A stretch of DNA of 63,283 nucleotides, filler included, from Octopus bimaculoides (GCF_001194135.2; 5 parts of 5 records of this genome joined end to end with filler, not necessarily neighbours in it); one strand, 5' to 3'. Counted from the whole stretch's first letter, positions 49,709-63,283 are shown. The notes: a model not told the origin generated them from the letters alone. A program made the numbers and translations.

Positions 49709-50392
49709 GTCTGTCTGTCTGTCTATCAATTTGCATCTCTGGCATTAAGGCATTATAACAGAAAAACCTACTATAGCGATGTAAACTTTCTTACACTTCT
49801 TCGAATAGTCTCATTGTCTTTTATAGCGTCTCCTACTAACGGCATTTAACCGAACATACATTATACTACTCTCTACTCTAACCATGTTGCTTGAGATACA
49901 CCAACGCATTATGGTTTATGCGCATTGAGTGAAAAATCTGAATGTATGTATCTCTATGTGTAATGATGTAAGAGTATTCATTTAATATCGGTCTCATAGT
50001 ATGTTTATTATTTCTGCTTAATGTCGTTGCCAGCTTAACCATTGTGTATATGCAGAGAATACTACTAATCCATCTCGACTTTATCGTTTCTACGCAGTTC
50101 TTACATACTCAGTATACATATATATACACGCATTATGTTTATTGCATTTCAGTGCTGTGACTGCCACTCAATATGATATATATTTCTCATTATTCTCATG
50201 GGTGTGATATATAAAATATAATATTACTTCTTCATTATTTGCAGTGTTCAGCAAAATATGATTAATCTGTGACGTCTATGACACAACCATTCCTATGTAT
50301 GTCCTCGTGAGTGAGCAGTAGAGAAATTGTTCAGGAGGTTGTTAGGATCTGGTTGAAATAAATCTCCCTGACAATATATTAAATCTATCTTC

Positions 50393-50836
50393 AAGTGACG
50401 AGCTGGCAGAATCGTTAGCACGTCAGATAAAATACTTTGTTTCATGTCTTCCGCCTTACATTCTGATTTCAAAATATTCTGAACTCGACGTTGCCTTTCA
50501 TAAATAAGTACCAGGTGAACACTGGGGTCAATGCAATCGATATACCTCCTCCCACGAAATTGCTGGCCTTGTGTCAAAATTCTGAAACCAGTATAGATCA
50601 ATGTTAAAACAGTGAGCTAGCAATATCAGTAGAAGCCAGACTATATGCTTAGAGTTATTTCTTCGGGCTTTGTTTCTGAGTGCAGATTACGCCTTCGTCA
50701 ACATTGCTTTTTATCCATTCTGTGTAAAAATAAGTGAGAACTTGGATTGATAAAATAAGTACCATTTGATAACTGGGATCAATAAAATCGACTAGTCTTA
50801 TTCCCCTAAATTTCAGGCCTTGTGCCTACATTAGAA
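50393..50836 (+). mobile_element. Two adjacent diverged SINE family 1 copies (50393-50590 and ~50610-50836)
   Basis: GACGAGCTGGCAGAATCGTTAGC head and ATAAGTACCA...CTGGGGTC core, repeated. Confidence 0.65.
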
Positions 50837-51475
50837 ATCTATAATACATTAAAAGTCAATTTCTATCTTGCTTGCTTGCTTGTAAGGTTACTCAGCGAAA
50901 CAGGCGCATAATGGGAAAATACCATGAACTTAGTTTACCCTTAAATGTTAAAACGAATCGAATGAAACAGGTTTCGTGTAAATCGGTAAAGTAGTTTTCA
51001 AGATATTAGAGATTTTCAGAGTATAAATACCCAAAACAGTACTTCATGGGAAAATGTTACGAAAATAATCTTCATCCTGAAAGGCAAGAACATTTTATTC
51101 TTCTATTAGACAGTGAGTTGACAACGAAAAGAAAAAAAAAAACGGTTTTGTTTTATTTTGCAATTTCTATTTTCGCTTTTGTTGGACACAATATTTTAAT
51201 TATTTAGAAATATTTATAAGTGAATATTATCTCAAAAATGTAAGCTGTTTGTACAGTAAATATGCATGTTTTAGCTTTCCTTAAACACACAATATTTTAA
51301 TGTTTTTAAAAATTATTTTTAAGTGAATACCATTACAAAAATTTTTGGGGCATGTTATAAAAATATTCTAAATTGAAAATGACTTTAAAAAATTCGGTAG
51401 ATATTTCGTAAAAGACCTGTTCAAAACCCCATTGTGAAACAGTTTTTTCAAGTGCATTCAAAGTATCTCCGTTCC

Positions 51476-51568
51476 AAAGATTTGGCTGCTATTTCTGGCA
51501 CGCTCTGCTGCCACGCAACGGCTACCTACGTGGTAGCAGGGCGTGCAAGAAGCAGCAGCCAAATCTTT
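51476..51568. repeat. GC-rich hairpin/MITE-like inverted repeat, 40-bp arms, 13-nt loop
   Basis: AAAGATTTGGCTGCTATTTCTGGCACGCTCTGCTGCCACG versus the reverse complement of 51529-51568 gives 35/40 identity; 3 of the 5 differences are G-U compatible. Confidence 0.85.
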
Positions 51569-51860
51569 CCAACCCACGAAACAAAACTCTGTTGCTAGGA
51601 AACTCAGAGTTTCCCGGTGACCGAACGGGTCACGGATAGTCTAGTAATGCATTAAATCTATGCAAATGTCGAAAGTATCTTTGGAAGGTTGATAATGAGT
51701 TTATGGCCTTAAATAGTAACGAAAGTATCTTCACCTGGATATGATGCACGTCACTATTCTAAGATATATTTGTCCTATGGTTCTATTTGAAGCTAATATA
51801 TTTTCTGTATTTTTACGTTCAATGTTTCCTTAATTTACACTGCCGTAGCTGCAAATATAT

Positions 51861-52247
51861 GTTGTTGTTGGCACTCCGTCGCTTACGACGTCTAGGGTTC
51901 CAGTTGATCCGATCAACGGAACAGCCTGCTCGTGAAATTAACATGCAAGTGGCTGAGCACTCCACAGACACGTGTACCCTTAACGTAGTTCTCAGGGATA
52001 TTCAGCGTGACACAGTGTGACAAGGCTGACCCGTTGAATTACAGGCACAACAGAAACGGGAAGTAAGAGTGAGAGAAAGTTGTGGCGAAATAGTACAGAA
52101 GGGTTCACCAAAATCCCCTGCAGGAGCCTCGTGGAGTTTTAGGTGTTTTCGCTCAATAAACACTCACAACACCCCACCTGGGAATCGAAACCGCGATCTT
52201 ATGACCGCGAGTCCACTGCCCTAACCACTGAGCCATTGCGCCTCCAC
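51861..52247 (-). mobile_element. tRNA-derived SINE, family 3, full length with (CAA)n tail
   Basis: Paralog of 9644-10005. The reverse complement ends GACGGAGTGCCAACAACAAC. Confidence 0.9.
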
Positions 52248-52737
52248 GTTGCAAGTATATGATTTAGCATCAAATAGGATTAGAACCGGTAGTTACGAAT
52301 ACGTTTTATCATCTTAATGTTGTCTGAACTCTCAACGGTCAAAATAACTGATATTCGAACACTTCCATGCACTAGGGCCATCCATACATGTTTGTTATTC
52401 CTCCATCCATAATCACTCTTTTCATTGCTTTCGTTTTGTATTGTTTTAATTTTTGTAATAAATTGTGTGATAAAAGAAAATTATTGTGTAGCGTTCTTGA
52501 TAATTTGTCTGCTTCCATATTTCTGTTTCTTTTGATATGTATGTGTTTGTTTCTTTTTTGTTATTTTGTTTTTGCCTCATTGATTAGTGCGCGTTAATTT
52601 ATATGATAATTAGTGTACACAGCAACATTATACTTTCCCCCCTCTGGAATAGCAGTCCAAATTATGCTGTAGGATGCTTGCAGCACAGTCACCCTATCTA
52701 CTGTTATTTGATGCCTAACCGTATTTGATGATATTGC

Positions 52738-52746
52738 ATGCTGCTG

Positions 52747-52809
<63 letters not shown>

Positions 52810-53110
52810 GTGATGATTGTGATGTTAATAATATTGATTGAACTGGTGGTGGGGGAGATAATGATGATGATGATGGCGACAACGATGGTGATGACAGTAA
52901 TGATGAAGGTGGTGGCGGTGGTAGTTGTGGTGGTGGTAATGAAGTGCAGGATAATTGTAAATTTGCTGATCGATGATTATAGCGATGATAACAAAAGTAC
53001 CAATGGGCGATGACCTTGAAGACAACGATGATGACAACGACGACGAAGACGATGACAACGACGACGAAGATGACAACGACAACGGCCATAACGACGACTA
53101 TGTTGAGATG
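52738..53110. repeat. Degenerate (GCT)n/(GAT)n/(GGT)n trinucleotide tract
   Basis: Read directly from the sequence. Similar tracts lie at 33965-34310, 34735-35035, 55140-55420 and 57340-57450. Confidence 0.85.
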
Positions 53111-53738
53111 ATTATGATGATAAAGTCCATATAAAAATAGTAACACCATCTTTCTGAAATTACACCTTGCCATCTTTAACAATAGGTAAAAAGATCACAT
53201 TTGATAATTTAATCCTAGATGTGCAATGGACCCGAGAAAATGGAATAGCCATGGTAGGGAGACGTTTGATCAATGGCCAGCTCAGTTAGGATTAAAATGA
53301 TCCACAACAATACCCTTCCAGATGAAAACCTACTTCCACCCCACCTGAACAGTGTGAAGTATATGGAAGGACGCAAGAAAACCATGTAAACAAGTAGTTA
53401 AATTATTGTTCTTACTATGATAGTTCAATCCCGTGTCTGCTTTAATTGAGCATGCATACGAATAATCGCTTTTATCTTTCTATATCGAAGCCCACGGAGA
53501 ATCGCTTTTTTGTTTCTATATCGAAGCCTTCGCTATGTCCCACATTTTCAAACGTGTTGAGATTTGAAGAAAATGCGGCTGCTCTTTCTGACAACTAAAG
53601 AGGCTACACCTGGAAGTTCTTTGTTTGGTGAACTATTTCAGCTGCTTGTCTTTAAACTCTAATAAGCGATCTGGATGCCCAAGGAAGAAGAGTTATGTTT
53701 ATAGAATGACTAAGAGATGGATTGATTGGTAGATAGAC

Positions 53739-53779
<41 letters not shown>

Positions 53780-56497
53780 TGCATATATATGTATGTATAT
53801 ACATACATATATANNNNNNNNNNNNNNNNNNNNNNNNNNNNNNNNNNNNNNNNNNNNNNNNNNNNNNNNNNNNNNNNNNNNNNNNNNNNNNNNNNNNNNN
53901 NNNNNNNNNNNNNNNNNNNNNNNNNNNNNNNNNNNNNNNNNNNNNNNNNNNNNNNNNNNNNNNNNNNNNNNNNNNNNNNNNNNNNNNNNNNNNNNNNNNN
54001 NNNNNNNNNNNNNNNNNNNNNNNNNNNNNNNNNNNNNNNNNNNNNNNNNNNNNNNNNNNNNNNNNNNNNNNNNNNNNNNNNNNNNNNNNNNNNNNNNNNN
54101 NNNNNNNNNNNNNNNNNNNNNNNNNNNNNNNNNNNNNNNNNNNNNNNNNNNNNNNNNNNNNNNNNNNNNNNNNNNNNNNNNNNNNNNNNNNNNATATATA
54201 TATATATATATATATACATCCATAAATTAATGTCAATACAACTTTCTCAAGAACTCACCTTTCTCTATAAACCTGATCCAAATGGCTGAAAGCGAGCAGA
54301 TAACATTTAATGCAACCAAAGATCTCAATTTTATGTATGAGTCATGGAGTTAATCAACCTGGCAAGTATGCAGACCAACAAATCAAGAAGTGGGGGAACA
54401 AACAGAAAGACACATGAATGTGTACATACATACACATACTTGTGTGTGTGTGTGCGTGAGTGTCTGTATGTCTCTCTCTCTGTGTGTACAACGGACTTCT
54501 TTCAGTTTCAGTTTCTTAAAGCCACTGCGGATTTTGCTCGTCCCTTTCTTCATTAGAAGACACTTTCCGAGGATGTCACGCAAACGTCTTACCACCGAGC
54601 CACGCCTGCGCTTATGTGTTAGGCCTTCTGTTTTTGGAACACTGATTGGTGTTACTTGTGGCTAAGACCTGGCTACTATTCAAAGCGGTTTGAGCAACCA
54701 CTCAGAGGCCATTTAAATTATTCATTTAACCCATTTTCTCTGTGGTGATGATAAGCTTTTTACTAATATGGATATTATTAATTAGACCTGAGACTCCTGT
54801 GAGTGAGAGAATCCATTATCACAGAGATCCTCATCGTATCGGAACAATTCTAGCTTCTTTTTTTCTTTTTTGTTTTGTTTATTGACATGAACAATCTAAG
54901 AATACATTACAAAATAAATCCTTCCGTCTTAAGCATGTTCAATAAAAATACGAAGTTGAAGCTGTAGTTAATGCGAGAAGAGAGAGTTTACTAGTATTTC
55001 CACCGTCAAAAACTATACAAAGGTATTTTTTTTTATTTTAGTTCATGAGTAATCTTGACTGTGAGGCATATGTCAGTGAAAAGGCAACAACATGAACGTT
55101 AATGGATGTTTTAGTATTGTTATTGTTATTGTTGTTGAAGGTAGGGGTTTTGTTGATGGTGGTTGTGATGACGGCTGTGGTGTAGTTGTGGTGGTGATGG
55201 CAGTTACAAAGGTGATGTTGGTGAGCGGTAGTGTTGATGGCGGCGGCGGCGGTGGTGGTTGTGGTGGTGGTGGTGGTTGTGGATGGTGGTGNNNNNNNNN
55301 NNNNNNNNNNNNNNNNNNNNNNGGCGGTGGTGGTGGTGGTCTCGGCGGTGGTGGCGCCGAAGGTTCTGGAGGGATGATGGTGACAGTCGTAGTACGTGTA
55401 ACGGATGAAGATGATAATGTTCGGAACGGTAGTAATAAATAGCTACAGCGATGCTAGCAGTCATACGGAATCAAAAGTAGAGAAGTTGAATGTTATTTAA
55501 CGTATGTTTTTCTTGTTAGTTTTGAGATTGTTTTATTGTAGTTACAATCATTGTAATAGCACAGACACGCAAATGAACTGTTCCAAATATTCATAAATGA
55601 TGTTTATCTCTAAGCATAGACGTATAAATTAAAGAATTTATATGTTACGGAGAATTAACTATTTCTCTCGTGTGCTTTTTAATTTATCAATGCAAGCCAA
55701 CATGTGGATGGCGTCTATGAATAATTTAATTTTTAAACAATTTTCAGACGACATCAAATCTACAATCTAAGGCAAACTGGTGCTGTTTTTTCTTCATAAC
55801 TTCGGTAAATACACACCAGGCTATGTTTTACTAATGAGATCAGAATAACGCTAAAACTATTCCGGAATAGCTTCACCAATTTGATGAGAAAAATATAATT
55901 ACAATACTTATTGATTAAGATCATTTCTCCTTCTACGGACAAAATGCCGCCAAGCGTTAGGCACTGTGTGCTAAAGATTCTGCCAGATCTCTGTTTTAGC
56001 CTTGTACTTATATTAGAAACATTCATTATTGTTTTTGCAGTTGCATCTAGAAGCAGTAGTGAGTGTATGTAATAGTAAAAGTTTAAAAGCAGATCAGAAC
56101 AGATAAACGCTCACTTTCTCCCTCTCACCCTCGCCATTTTTCTCTCTCTCACACACACAAACACGCAAACACACACACATACACAAACACGTACACAAAC
56201 ACAAGAACACACAAACAGACACAATCACGTACACGCATGTACAACATACATATCTACACACAAGTCATCGAAATTGCACATCTGAATAAATTTAGGTTGG
56301 ACGTTGCTAAACGGAAATCCGTTGAAAGGAATGTCTTGCAGTGTTTTAGGTATTGTTTGGTTGCAAGTTCCAGTGGGGTCAGACTGAAATATCGACATAT
56401 TGCAACAGGAAATCTTGCTGAAATACTTCCAGTATTATTTTGCTGATGCCAAAAGTAAATGAGGCAACAATGGAATTGCCATATATATATACATACA

Positions 56498-56529
<32 letters not shown>

Positions 56530-56648
56530 NNNNNNNNNNNNNNNNNNNNNNNNNNNNNNNNNNNNNNNNNNNNNNNNNNNNNNNNNNNNNNNNNNNNNNN
56601 NNNNNNNNNNNNNNNNNNNNNNNNNNNNNNNNNNNNNNNNNNNNNNNN

Positions 56649-56689
<41 letters not shown>

Positions 56690-56933
56690 GTATGCTTGTA
56701 TGTATGAATATATATGTATGTGTATACACACACACACTCACACACACGCACATACACACACGCACACACACACACAGGCACACACACACATATATATGTT
56801 GCATCTGACCTTTTAAGAAAATCCAAATATACCACCTAATAATATCTTTGGTATAATATAACCGATTAACATGTATCTTCACGAATATAAATATTAAAAA
56901 ATGCAATGTTTACATATGCAGCACATGGTGGTG

Positions 56934-57013
<80 letters not shown>

Positions 57014-57044
57014 TGCACTTATAACTACTCAATCCCAGATGTGA

Positions 57045-57290
57045 GGGTGCATGCCACACTAGTAGGGTGTTGGTCTAACGAACTTTGATATTCTGCGTTC
57101 GAATCCACGACAGGGCAGGGCTTTGTTTTCTTGAGCATGAAACTTCATTACACGTTGTTCTACGATCCCTTCCACGTTTGCCGTATGTCAAACCACGCGC
57201 ATATACAAACAATGTTGATTAGATAATGAGTGTAAGCTAATGTGCTGCACATATATTTGATCATTATAAACAAATCATCTGTACATGTTA
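57045..57290 (+). mobile_element. tRNA-derived SINE (further family)
   Basis: B box GCGTTCGAATCC followed by GGGCTTTGTTTTCTTGAGCATGAAACTTCATT. The boundaries are approximate. Confidence 0.5.
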
Positions 57291-57890
57291 CTCAGTAAGA
57301 ACTGCAAAACCGTCTTTCTCGACAACGAGAGGCTACTATTGTGATTATTGTCTTAGTTGTTGTTGCTGCCTTTGTTGTTGTTGTTGCTGTCGTCATCGTC
57401 ATCGTCGGTGGTGGTGGATTGCGGCGGTGGTGGTGGTGGTGGTGTTGACGAAGACGGTGATACGTTTTCAAATGCAATCAAAAGATTCTCAATGTATCAA
57501 ATGCCATTCTCTGCATATCCAGTTTTATATAAGCATGACCTTCCTAGATCACATGACTTAACACACGCCGAGGGCTACCTAACTCCTAGTGCTTTTTCAG
57601 CACTGCCGAATCAACCCTGAAAGTCAGAGTGCTAGATAGTCGTTGAACATGCACAACGTATATCCCTCATTTTGACAAAGCTTGATTTAAGTCCTACTGT
57701 GATTCGAATAAACCACCCTGCCAGGCAATCTTAAAGTGAGTGCAAGTTTGGTTGCATGCGACTTGACTATGCCATACGTTGTACTGGATTCAATGTTACA
57801 AGTAATACTCACGAGAGACCTCACAATTGACGGTAGAGGCATACATAGCGACATGCATGCATATATACATACCTACCTACATGCATACAA

Positions 57891-58019
<129 letters not shown>

Positions 58020-58428
58020 TATATATATATATACATACATATGTTTGAGTATATTTCTACAAATATATGCGCGCAAACAATCATACACGTTTATAAAACT
58101 CAAGGGCACGAAAAAACAAGAGGATAATTTATTTTTTTAAATTGCATATTATAAGTGTTTCTGTCCCTTTGCCTATGTAATACATATGTGTACGTGGGTG
58201 TGTATGTATGTACGAATATGTACTCAGATGCTTTATATAGCCTTATACATTTACGAATATGTTCATATAATCGTGTGCTTAGATGTCTGTAGTTATATAA
58301 TGTTTATTTTCTCTTTAATATTAAAAAAAAAAAAGATATGTTCCAAGAAATAATAAGAAAAGAATGAATATGTAAATAGGTTTGTATTCAATTTTGCATT
58401 TACCGATCATCTTTAACGTATATTATGT

Positions 58429-58496
<68 letters not shown>

Positions 58497-58582
58497 NNNN
58501 NNNNNNNNNNNNNNNNNNNNNNNNNNNNNNNNNNNNNNNNNNNNNNNNNNNNNNNNNNNNNNNNNNNNNNNNNNNNNNNNNN

Positions 58583-58636
<54 letters not shown>

Positions 58637-59090
58637 ATCTCGCTATTTGTGTTTATCTCATACCCAGGTAACCACATACATATATCTGCTCATATGCAAA
58701 CGCATAACTGTAAGTTCTTAATTATATAGCTTTAATAATAGCAATCTTATCAGAAGGTAGATTTAAACGGAGAGATAAGCCGTCATAGTGCAAAGTGTCA
58801 TTGATTTATATATCATGCACTAGTCTCCATCTATTAAGTTTCTACGCACAATAATACACTTTTTTTAAAAATTCAATGCATCGCCTGACATGCTACAGAA
58901 ATGATGATGTTCTGTCTTTCATAAAATTTTCTAGTCCGGTCATTCTTTGTGAATATTACGATGGCCCAACAAATGAACACTAGGTATATATAAATTAACT
59001 ATACACGCATATATAAACTAAATGCATATAAATTAGCGGTATACACACTTAAATACGTACATCCACAGGCGTATAGACGTATCTCTCTTC

Positions 59091-59122
<32 letters not shown>

Positions 59123-60062
59123 ATATATATATATATATNNNNNNNNNNNNNNNNNNNNNNNNNNNNNNNNNNNNNNNNNNNNNNNNNNNNNNNNNNNNNN
59201 NNNNNNNNNNNNNNNNNNNNNNNNNNNNNNNNNNNNNNNNNNNNNNNNNNNNNNNNNNNNNNNNNNNNNNNNNNNNNNNNNNNNNNNNNNNNNNNNNNNN
59301 NNNNNNNNNNNNNNNNNNNNNNNNNNNNNNNNNNNNNNNNNNNNNNNNNNNNNNNNNNNNNNNNNNNNNNNNNNNNNNNNNNNNNNNNNNNNNNNNNNNN
59401 NNNNNNNNNNNNNNNNNNNNNNNNNNNNNNNNNNNNNNNNNNNNNNNNNNNNNNNNNNNNNNNNNNNNNNNNNNNNNNNNNNNNNNNNNNNNNNNTATAT
59501 ATATATATATATGCGTATATATATGTGTATATATATGACTATATACACGTATTTATATGAATATATATGTATGTATAAATGTGCGTCTATGTGTGTTTGT
59601 GTGTGTGTGCGTGTGTGTGTTTGTTTATATTGTTGGGTAGATGAGTTCACGAACACGAGATTTTATGGTGGAAATAAATGAGAAAACTTAGGAGAAATAA
59701 TAGAAAGACAAGATAAATCAATACAGAAAATTCAATAGTGATGCATTTATGTGTTTGTACTTAACAAATCCCTACTTGGCTTTGAACATTACTTTGCAAA
59801 CTTTAAAGGGAAACCAACAATAAGAGAAAATAATTATTACAATGACTATTGTTGTTCTTATTATATGCAAAGTTTGTCCAGCTTGTTTGTTTTATCCAGA
59901 TTTCCACTTGTTACCACCCAAAGTGTTTTAAATGCATCCGCATTGATTTATTTAAATATATANNNNNNNNNNNNNNNNNNNNNNNNNNNNNNNNNNNNNN
60001 NNNNNNTTAATTAATTAANNNNNNNNNNNNNNNNNNNNNNNNNNNNNNNNNNNNNNNNNNNN

Positions 60063-60138
<76 letters not shown>

Positions 60139-60908
60139 ATATATATGTACACACACACACATATGTGTGTCTGTATGTATGAATGTATGTATACATACAC
60201 ACAGTGCGTCCCATGGAATCTTGTTTGATACAGGCAAGTGGTGTTACAGAAACCCGATATTTACGTGCTTTACAAACAAAAACAAAACCCTAAGTGAAAA
60301 GCGCTGATGTTGTCCAGGTAGGAGTACCTGACATTGACGTTTTCAAGGTCGAAGTCATTCCATTTGTGTTGTAGAAGACATTCCATTTGAGAGCATTTTC
60401 TAACTACAATTAATAAGTTTTTAACATTAGATAACGTACGCAAGTGAAGTACCAAGTAACAACAGAATGATTCCTTACGGATTTTCAATAAATACAAAGG
60501 CACCGGCCCCTTACTGAATTCAACAACAAATATCTTATTCTGAAGTTAGAGTGACCCCTATTGTATAGACTGTTCACTTCGAGACAAGGTATATGAGTCT
60601 TATGTAATATATTTCAATATGTATACATTGATATATTTCCCAAAATGTCCTTCCGTTTTATATATGTGTATGTGCGCGCGCGTGTGTGTATATGCATACA
60701 TATTAGCATAGATATGTAGACAGACAAAGAGAGAAAGAGAGAGAGAGAGATACAGGTAAATACAAAAACGTACATACATACGTACATACATAAAAATAAA
60801 TATATATACATATACAAATACGTATGCATATAATAATATAAATAACATATAAATATATGCATATATACATACATATATGTGCATACCTACATATACATGT
60901 ATATATAC

Positions 60909-61100
60909 ATGCATATATGGGTACAGGACATAAAAAAAAATTAAACACAATGAAAAACGAAGACATATAAACGAAAACATAGAAAACGAACTTCTTTTCG
61001 AACGAAAAAAACAGAGAAACGAGACATGCAACACAAAGAATAACCCTAACCCCTTCTTCAGTTGTTCCTGTTTCATCTCGTCTGCGTTTCGAAGGTAAGG
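60909..61100 (-). mobile_element. Second copy of the CAACTGA(T/A)GAAGGG repeat
   Basis: See 37430-37570. CTGAAGA is at 61055-61061 (reverse complement) with CTTCGAAAC ~25 nt upstream. Confidence 0.55.
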
Positions 61101-61434
61101 ACAATACGCGACTTCGTTGAAACAGTCCATCCCGCAAAGCAAATTAAATAATATTTGGGATTTTTTGCGGAGGGGTGAAAGTGTTAACAAGAACAGGACC
61201 TGTAAAATGGACAAGCTTCGCGGACAGCTTCTCATTAAGCAAATAGATTAATACGATCTACACATTGGCGCATTGAGTCAAATGTGAACTGTGGTCTTCC
61301 CAGGTTTATACTGGGCATATTTCATTCATACTCTNNNNNNNNNNNNNNNNNNNNNNNNNNNNNNNNNNNNNNNNNNNNTTAATTAATTAANNNNNNNNNN
61401 NNNNNNNNNNNNNNNNNNNNNNNNNNNNNNNNNN

Positions 61435-61486
<52 letters not shown>

Positions 61487-61493
61487 CATACAT

Positions 61494-61528
<35 letters not shown>

Positions 61529-61839
61529 TGTATGTATGTATATATGCATGTATATTGCCATTACATTATTGTTTACACACTGTTTATATCTACACTTAAC
61601 AGTCTGTTTGACCTCAGAAAATACTAAAGGCTTCCTTGAAATAAGAACAAAAAAAAAGCAAAAACAAAAAATATAGTAACAATTATACACACCCAGAAGA
61701 GACAATTTTTGAGGAATGTTATACTTCCTTCTCAGAGCGTGGAATTAATTCATTAATTTAATTCTGTCTGATATATTTTTTCTTAGTTTTTATTTTTATT
61801 TTTTTAATTTATTTTACTTTATTATTTATTTATTTATTT

Positions 61840-61960
61840 GTTTGCCTTTCGTCCTTTCGGAGGTCGATAAAATAGGATCCAGTTGAGCACTGGGAGTTGA
61901 TATAATCAACTTACCATCTCCCCAAAAATTACTGACTCTGTACCAAAATGTGAAACCATT
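61840..61960 (+). mobile_element. SINE family 1 3' half
   Basis: TTTGCCTTTCGTCCTTTCGGAGGTCGATAAAATAGG...CACTGGGAGTTGATATAATC. Confidence 0.75.
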
Positions 61961-61983
61961 ACTATTATTCTTCTTATTAATAT

Positions 61984-62541
61984 TGAGTGAGACAACAGCA
62001 CATTCCATCAAAGTGACACTGGGGTACAAATATGCGAGGCTCAGTATACCCATCGTGACTACCCATTTGATAAGGGTACACCAGGTACATGCATCACAAC
62101 CATATGTGCGTGACACGGTGATTTCATATCAAAATAAACAGCACATGACTTCGCAGGTGGGGGCCCAATTAGAATTTTCTTTAGGTCGAGTAGCCCATCC
62201 CACTCAAAAGATCTCTGAATAAGGGTCATTTAAGGATGATGAACGAAACACCCATGTTTCCAAAGGTGAATTATTCAAGCCCCAAAGAATTCCTCTCAAC
62301 ACATGGCTATGATGCACCCCCACTACTTCTGCTTGTGATCAGAGATGCACATATTGTCAGCCACCAAGGGACAAGCTCAACTGGTTACGGTCAAACAACT
62401 GACAAGCAAATCTGTGGTATTGAGCAGAACATTTGCTGTAACCCATCTTTTATACCAAGGCAAAACAATGTACATGATACCACTTCCAATCAGTTAAGAT
62501 CAGAAGTTATGAGAGCCACTGCCTGATACTGCATCAAAGCA
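61984..62541. mobile_element. ~560-bp non-coding element flanked on both sides by ATT/TTG-type repeats
   Basis: A higher-GC block with sharp edges, between a degenerate (ATT)n at 61960-61983 and (TTG/ATT)n from 62541. No convincing protein motif was seen. Confidence 0.5.
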
Positions 62542-62790
62542 TTGTTGTTGTTGTTATTGTTGTTGTTGTTATTATTATTAATTATTGTTGTTGTTGTTGG
62601 TTTGCCTTATTTAAGCTAACTTTTAGACAAAACGACCATCATATGAAGTGGTTCTGGTTATCACAATACTCCAGCTGTCAAATCTCTATTAAATTCAAAA
62701 TAGTTATTTAGAAATACTTTGGTTCTTATTTTATTTTATTATTATCATTATTTCATTTATTTAATTTTTGTTGTTTTGTTGTTGTTATTG

Positions 62791-63010
62791 CTAGATCATC
62801 CTACCAGAGCTTTACCCTCATTCGACACAGCAACTGCAGGTTGGATGAGGCCTTATGGCAGGCTCTGTATCAAATGGATGAACATGATTAAGGAAGATCT
62901 CCAGAGACTCGACATTATCTTAGCAGATGCAGAGGGGCTGGCATGGGGCCCCCATTGATGGAGAGCACTGGTCAATTTGGTCAGTTCTACTCATCAAGCA
63001 AGAGATTGAA
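62791..63010 (+). mobile_element. RTE LINE extreme C-terminal fragment
   Basis: WMRPYGRLCIKWMNMIKEDLQRL...AEGLAWGPH*WRALV resembles the RTE C-terminal GRP-W-D-L...A-DR-WR region. Confidence 0.6.
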
Positions 63011-63056
63011 GCAAGCCAGCAAGTTATCAGATTAAAAAAAAAACACTTGGAATACT

Positions 63057-63218
63057 TTACATTATTTACATTATTTACAATTGACAGATATTTGTCCTCA
63101 TCTTGTTTGTTGTTAACACAACGGTCCAGCTGATATACCCTCCAGCCTTCATCAGGTGTCTTGGGGAAATTTCAAACCTGGGTTCTCATTCCTAAGGTAT
63201 TTTTCAATGTCGTTGTTG

Positions 63219-63283
<65 letters not shown>
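63057..63283 (-). mobile_element. Hammerhead element, copy D (core mutated; runs off the window in (AAT)n)
   Basis: The HHR at 63115-63160 reads GACAC CTGATGA A GGCTG-gagggtatat-CAGCT GGAC CGTT GTGTT, so GAAA is lost. It ends in (AATGTAAAT)-type repeats. Confidence 0.85.

Noticed and set aside
62400-62545. HDV-like or twister ribozyme at the element end
   Set aside because: The required P1/P1.1/P3 or twister consensus could not be assembled by eye.

Overview
AT-rich, gap-riddled eukaryotic genomic DNA made mostly of microsatellites and decayed mobile elements. The SINE families and repeat landscape suggest an octopus/coleoid genome (inference from recognition, not a database hit). No intact host gene, CRISPR array, rRNA or true tRNA gene can be supported, and almost all long ORFs in the track are microsatellite or N-gap artefacts. 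Recognisable content: several tRNA-derived SINE families; RTE and R4/Dong-like LINE fragments; three dead Tc1/mariner remnants; Helitron-type 3' ends; hAT-type MITE ends; minisatellites; a few isolated candidate exons. The most striking signal is a short element present in 4 copies (1288-1610, 7902-8199, 24244-24426, 63057-63283). It joins a tRNA-type Pol III promoter, an (AAT)n tract and a minimal type I hammerhead ribozyme motif (CUGAUGA-A / stem II / GAAA / palindromic ACGU stem III) of the kind known from Penelope-like elements. One copy has an intact ribozyme core. The copies show head-to-head inversion and an inverted 30-bp tail, suggesting a Pol III-driven, ribozyme-bearing non-autonomous retroelement. 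Several long fold-back hairpins are also present.
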